64,000 nt of DNA from Ramazzottius varieornatus (Eukaryota > Animalia > Tardigrada): contig BDGG01000016.1 of the NCBI GenBank assembly GCA_001949185.1, positions 918,777-982,776 on the forward strand. The letters run 5' to 3'. This document shows, piece by piece, positions 62,040-64,000 of the stretch. Numbering within the stretch: position 1 is the stretch's first letter; the number at the start of each line of letters is the position of its first letter. The notes beneath the pieces are model-generated. The model had not been told where the DNA came from. It made no database searches and saw nothing but the letters and a program-made list of their open reading frames with translations. The translations under genes and the position numbers were made by a program.

Positions 62040-63069
62040 CTAGCTTTTTCTTCTGTCTTCGAAAAACGCTATTATGCTTTGCTTGAGTTGGGAGTCGGAG
62101 CGGATGTCGGCGTAGTGGCAATGGACACCTGTGAACGGATCGAAGAGTCGTCGACCCAGCTCGCGTTGGACAAGTTCGTGGGTTCTGATCGAGCTCATGT
62201 CAACCGTATGGCCTGAAGGGAGAATCACCGGGTCGGACATGACTTCATATGTCAACTCATCCAAAAACCCTTCCGGGATTTCTCTGGTGTGCGTCTCCCC
62301 GGCCACCTCAGAAGACGCAGGTTCGCGGAACCGAAGTCTTTTATGGTCTTGGCTTCCTTCTTCCTCTGCTACTCGCTTCTTTTCGTTCTCAGCAACGGGT
62401 TTCGGTATTCTTTGCAGGAAAGACTGTATAGCGCCTTTTCCAATTTTCGGACTGGGTTGTCCGTAAACCCGCAAGTTTCTCAGTGCGACAGCAGAGCTAA
62501 CGTCCGTTCTGCAACATAACACGGATGACTTTGGTAATCGTGAGTTTGCGATAAGATCCACAACAAAATCACCTGTTGATTGTCAGGATAATTTCAGTGA
62601 CTTCTCCCAACGCAGTGTTCCGCGAAAGCATAAAATTCGTTGACTCCTGCTTCTCAATGACTTCGGCTTCATCGGTCGAGGGCACGGACGGGAAGAAGAT
62701 GCGATTTGGACGGAAGTTTGCCGAGCCATCGAGAACAACTTCGGTAATGCGACGATCCCAGCTGCCTCGCCAAACCTGAATCAGTTTGTCAGGCTGGCTG
62801 TGCGTTCGGACGGAGAGAGTGGCAGCTGTGGAACACTGCTTCCCGATCCTTGGACAGAACGAGATCTTTTGTATTTGAACGACGGAGGGAGATGAAAAGG
62901 AGATTCTCAGATTGACAGGAGGTTTGATGAAGTAAGCAGCCAGGAAGCCAGCTTGCGACCTGTCAGCGTCTTTGCGAGCCATCTGTGGCTCGTGTCCAGC
63001 TTGAGCAGGGGAATCCGACGAGGTGGTAGTTTCAAAGAGGCTTGACAAATCCAGCATTTCGAAAACCAT
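62040..63069 (-). CDS. UBOX5: U-box protein UBOX5/RNF37-like, 2 exons
   Basis: GFLAAYFIKPPVNL N-terminal motif and U-box IPEGFLDELTYEVMSDPVILPSGHTVD...DPFTG. Confidence 0.8.
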
Positions 63070-63302
63070 GATGAAGGAACGTCGGGAAACGAACGTTAGA
63101 TTTGGGACGCGGAACAAGATAACGAACCAGATTTGCTGCTCGATGAATCAAAGGTTTTGCACTGAACGTTAGGCAGCGTCGCGAAAATTGGAATTGTTCG
63201 ATGTACGGTCTATCGCAAAGTCTCAAGTGATCGCTATCTGAATCTTAAATTTTTTGTACAAGTTCCTCTGCTTCCGCAAGTTCTTGAGCTCCCTTCAGCA
63301 GG

Positions 63303-64000
<698 letters not shown>

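Noticed and set aside
62040-62100. Missing C-terminal RING in UBOX5 as a novelty
   Set aside because: The ORF does end soon after the U-box, but I cannot judge how common this is in invertebrates without a search.

Overview
Gene-dense eukaryotic (animal) DNA with many short spliceosomal introns, mostly about 60-100 nt. The compact style would fit a tardigrade-like genome, but that is inference only. Genes assembled from exons: REC8/RAD21-family kleisin (-), novel PKC epsilon/eta (+), two divergent DDX19/Dbp5-family paralogs (- and +), mRpL20, PPP4R2, DDX41/abstrakt, RBX1, LSG1, calnexin, head-to-head RPSA and RPL21, EMC7, an otopetrin, a frameshifted MATH-BTB gene, an Hv1/TMEM266-like voltage-sensor-only protein, a pasiflora/DUF4728-like tetraspan protein, UBOX5 and the 5' part of mitochondrial LeuRS. 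The main non-coding signal is a dispersed palindromic element at about 19 loci, mostly intronic. Its core is CCAAGTGGCGCAC-N25-GTGCGCCACTTGG, and the arms and spacer length are conserved while the spacer sequence drifts. Other notable items are the Hv1-like protein with rewired selectivity and gating residues lying near an otopetrin, a recent ~180-bp DNA-level copy of a kleisin exon/intron junction 47 kb from its source, a near-perfect ~140-bp intronic hairpin, and two GC-AG introns. Spliced gene coordinates were read by eye, so some starts are uncertain.
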